From NCBI GenBank assembly GCA_002420425.1, contig DIIC01000017.1, positions 12,052-76,051 of the forward strand: a stretch of 64,000 nucleotides of DNA. The letters run 5' to 3'. Source of the DNA: Proteobacteria bacterium UBA5680 (lineage in GTDB: Bacteria; Pseudomonadota; Gammaproteobacteria; Arenicellales; UBA5680). Position 1 is the first letter of the stretch, and each line of letters opens with the position of its first letter. Positions 61,756 to 64,000 of the stretch are shown one piece after another. Made by a program: the position numbers and the translations under genes. The notes beneath the pieces are model-generated. The model did not search any database. It saw only the letters and a list, made by a program, of their open reading frames with translations, and had not been told where the DNA came from.

Positions 61756-63666
61756 ATGCCTGTTGTCCAACTGCCCGACGGTAGTCAACGAGAATACTCG
61801 ACCCCACTGACGGTAACCGAGGTCGCAGCGGATATCGGGCCAGGATTGGCCAAAGCAGCCCTGGCGGGCCAGATTGAGGGGGAAGTGGTGGATCTCAACC
61901 ACACCATCGAAAAGGACTGCCAGCTTGCCATTATCACCAATCGTGATCAACAAGGGCTGGAGATCATTCGCCACTCAACGGCGCACTTGCTCGCTCAGGC
62001 GGTAAAAGAGCTCTACCCCCAAGCTCAGGTGACGATAGGGCCTGTAATTGAAGATGGCTTCTATTATGATTTTGCCTATCCTCCCGGTTTCTCCGAAGAG
62101 GATCTGGTAAACATTGAGAAAAAGATGGCTGAGCTGGTAAAGGCTAATTCGGCCATCCGCCGTGAGCTTGTCACCAGAGAAGAGGCAATAGCGCATTTCC
62201 ACGCCCTGGGAGAGGATTATAAGGTTCAGATTATTGAGGAGATCACAGTCGATCAGCCTCTCTCTCTCTATCGACAGGGTGATTTTATTGATCTTTGCCG
62301 TGGTCCTCATGTTCCTGAAACAGGGCGCCTTGGTGCCTTCAAACTGACTAAAGTGGCCGGAGCCTATTGGCGTGGTGACTCCAACAACGAGATGTTGCAA
62401 CGCATCTATGGCACCGCATGGCCAGACAAAAAACAGTTGAAAGCGTATCTCCATCAGCTGGCTGAAGCTGAAAAGCGGGACCATCGGAAGCTGGGGCGCC
62501 AGCTCGACCTCTTTCATTTTCAACCTGAAGCGCCAGGCATGGTCTTCTGGCATCGGAAGGGTTGGCAGCTCTACTCTGCGGTAGAGCAGTTTATTCGTGG
62601 AATGCTCACAGAATATGACTACCAGGAGGTCAATACACCTCTTGTTCTGGATCGATCCCTGTGGGAACGATCCGGTCACTGGGATAAGTTCCAGGAAAAT
62701 ATGTTCACCACCTATCTTGATGAACGCGAGTTTGCAATCAAGCCGATGAACTGTCCGGGACATATTCAGATCTATAATCAGGGGGTGCGTAGCCATCGTG
62801 ATCTTCCTTATCGAATAGGCGAGTTTGGTCTAGTCCACCGAAATGAGCCATCCGGCACCCTCCACGGCCTACTCCGGGCCCGCGGATTTACCCAGGATGA
62901 TGCGCATATATTTTGTACAGAACATCAGTTAGAGGAGGAGATTGCCACCCTGATTGAGATTACCTATCGAACCTACAGTGCATTTGGCTTTAGTGATATT
63001 GAAGTGGCACTCTCAACTCGTCCCGAAAAGAGAGTCGGCGAAGATGCCCTCTGGGATAAAGCCGAAGCCGCGCTGGCAAAAGTACTCGATGACAAGGGAA
63101 TCCCCTATGTGGTTCAGCCCGGTGAAGGGGCTTTTTATGGGCCAAAACATGAGTTTGTCCTTCGGGACTCAATAGGCAGGCGTTGGCAGTGTGGAACCAT
63201 CCAGGTTGATTTTTCCATGCCAGGAAGGCTGGGTGCTCACTATATCGCTGAAGATGGTTCGAAACAGGAGCCGGTGATGATCCACCGCGCCATTTTGGGA
63301 TCTCTGGAGCGATTTATCGGAATTTTAATTGAAGATTGTGAAGGTAAATTACCCACCTGGCTGGCGCCCGTACAAGCGATAATCATGAATATTACGGATC
63401 GACAGGCTGATTATTCAAAAATAGTTGAAAAAACACTGCTAAAACAGGGTATCAGGGTGGAAACTGACTTGAGAAACGAGAAAATCGGCTATAAAATTCG
63501 CCAACACACGTTACAACGTGTTCCCTACCTGATTGTGGTTGGGGATCGCGAAGCAGAAGATGGGACAGTCGCCGTGCGGACACGAGGTGGCGAGGATCTG
63601 GGATCGATGAGGCTTGAGAGCTTTACCGAGAGACTCGCACAAGAGATCGTGACCCACGGCATTTAA
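61756..63666 (+). CDS. thrS: Threonine--tRNA ligase
   Basis: 636-aa ORF with the N-terminal TGS domain ([14 protein letters not shown]), [12 protein letters not shown], class II motifs ([26 protein letters not shown]) and an anticodon-binding C-domain. Confidence 0.97.
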   Translation: MPVVQLPDGSQREYSTPLTVTEVAADIGPGLAKAALAGQIEGEVVDLNHTIEKDCQLAIITNRDQQGLEIIRHSTAHLLAQAVKELYPQAQVTIGPVIEDGFYYDFAYPPGFSEEDLVNIEKKMAELVKANSAIRRELVTREEAIAHFHALGEDYKVQIIEEITVDQPLSLYRQGDFIDLCRGPHVPETGRLGAFKLTKVAGAYWRGDSNNEMLQRIYGTAWPDKKQLKAYLHQLAEAEKRDHRKLGRQLDLFHFQPEAPGMVFWHRKGWQLYSAVEQFIRGMLTEYDYQEVNTPLVLDRSLWERSGHWDKFQENMFTTYLDEREFAIKPMNCPGHIQIYNQGVRSHRDLPYRIGEFGLVHRNEPSGTLHGLLRARGFTQDDAHIFCTEHQLEEEIATLIEITYRTYSAFGFSDIEVALSTRPEKRVGEDALWDKAEAALAKVLDDKGIPYVVQPGEGAFYGPKHEFVLRDSIGRRWQCGTIQVDFSMPGRLGAHYIAEDGSKQEPVMIHRAILGSLERFIGILIEDCEGKLPTWLAPVQAIIMNITDRQADYSKIVEKTLLKQGIRVETDLRNEKIGYKIRQHTLQRVPYLIVVGDREAEDGTVAVRTRGGEDLGSMRLESFTERLAQEIVTHGI

Positions 63667-63706
63667 TTTTCCCCTTAATTAAACACATTTTTTGGAGGAC
63701 TGACAG

Positions 63707-64000
63707 ATAGCAGCCAGAAGAAAATCGGTTGTCCCGACTAAGAGCGGACCGCGGGCAAATGGAGATATCGATGTTTACCAGGTACGCTTGATCGATGAAG
63801 AGGGCAATCAGGCCGGTATTTTGAAAACCGCTGAGGCCCTGTTGAAGGCAGAAGAGATTGGCCTTGATCTGGTTGAGATTTCACCCAAGGCAGAACCACC
63901 AGTCTGTAGATTGATGGATCTGGGAAAGTTTCACTATGCTGAAGCAAAGAAGCGCCAGGAGAACAGAAAAAGACAGACCAAGATTGTGGTCAAAGAGGTA
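63707..64000 (+). CDS. infC: Translation initiation factor IF-3, 5' part (runs off window), non-canonical ATA start
   Basis: Translation gives [77 protein letters not shown], collinear with the IF3 N-domain. In-frame TGA at 63701-63703; GGAGGA at 63694-63699 lies 7 nt before ATA 63707. Confidence 0.9.
   Translation, partial: MAARRKSVVPTKSGPRANGDIDVYQVRLIDEEGNQAGILKTAEALLKAEEIGLDLVEISPKAEPPVCRLMDLGKFHYAEAKKRQENRKRQTKIVVKEV

Noticed and set aside
61975-62796. 273-aa ORF antisense to thrS. Similar long antisense ORFs lie at 56179-56946 (255 aa, opposite the CysB-like gene), 47977-48564 (opposite lepA) and 12958-13521 (opposite frr).
   Set aside because: Each is in the codon-aligned opposite phase of a well-supported gene. 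Antisense stops there only arise from sense TTA/CTA/TCA codons; the thrS example ends exactly at a sense TCA at 61975-61977. The translated products are low-information and have no start context. These are shadow ORFs.

Overview
This 64-kb window is an almost continuous, conserved gammaproteobacterial-type housekeeping backbone: about 62 protein genes and 2 tRNAs, densely packed, with many 1-4 nt start/stop overlaps. Gene order: rpsF(3' end)-rpsR-rplI-dnaB-alr-radA-[AT-rich membrane ORF] | dapD-glnD-map (minus) | rpsB-tsf-pyrH-frr-uppS-cdsA-[DsbA-like]-dxr-rseP-bamA-skp-lpxD-fabZ-lpxA-lpxB-rnhB-dnaE-accA-tilS-pyrG-kdsA-eno-ftsB | ygfZ (minus) | Fe-ADH, SDHAF4-like, sdhCDAB, sdhE, ygfX | nadB (minus) | rpoE-degP/mucD-lepA-lepB-rnc-era-recO-pdxJ | yggX (minus), HesB/ErpA-like, MscS-family channel, small PAPS-reductase-like ORF (minus), CysB-like LysR, tRNA-Asn and a FimT/GspH-like pseudopilin (minus), aspartate aminotransferase (minus), uvrB, tRNA-Val, thrS, infC (5' part). 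I found no CRISPR array, transposase, integrase, phage gene or recognisable defence island. I also found no convincing new multi-gene system, and claiming one would be overreach. What deserves a second look is a set of local anomalies. (1) pyrH, normally essential, carries an in-frame TAG, a 1-nt frameshift and a changed catalytic-loop glycine, while every neighbouring gene is intact. (2) rpoE is followed directly by degP, with no rseA/rseB-type anti-sigma genes in a 206-bp gap. (3) sdhCDAB is bracketed by both eukaryote-type assembly factors (an SDHAF4/DUF1674-like gene upstream, SdhE downstream), plus a CptA/YgfX-like membrane gene. (4) Ribosomal protein S2 has a roughly 110-aa lysine-rich C-terminal tail built partly from 15-bp tandem duplications, running to within 3 nt of tsf. 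(5) A GC-rich DsbA/HCCA-isomerase-like gene sits in the conserved cdsA-dxr junction. (6) A shortened PAPS-reductase-like ORF lies divergent from a CysB-like regulator across an extremely AT-rich spacer. (7) Three perfect 16-bp palindromes lie in intergenic spacers. All functional calls rest on by-eye motif recognition and synteny; no searches were run.
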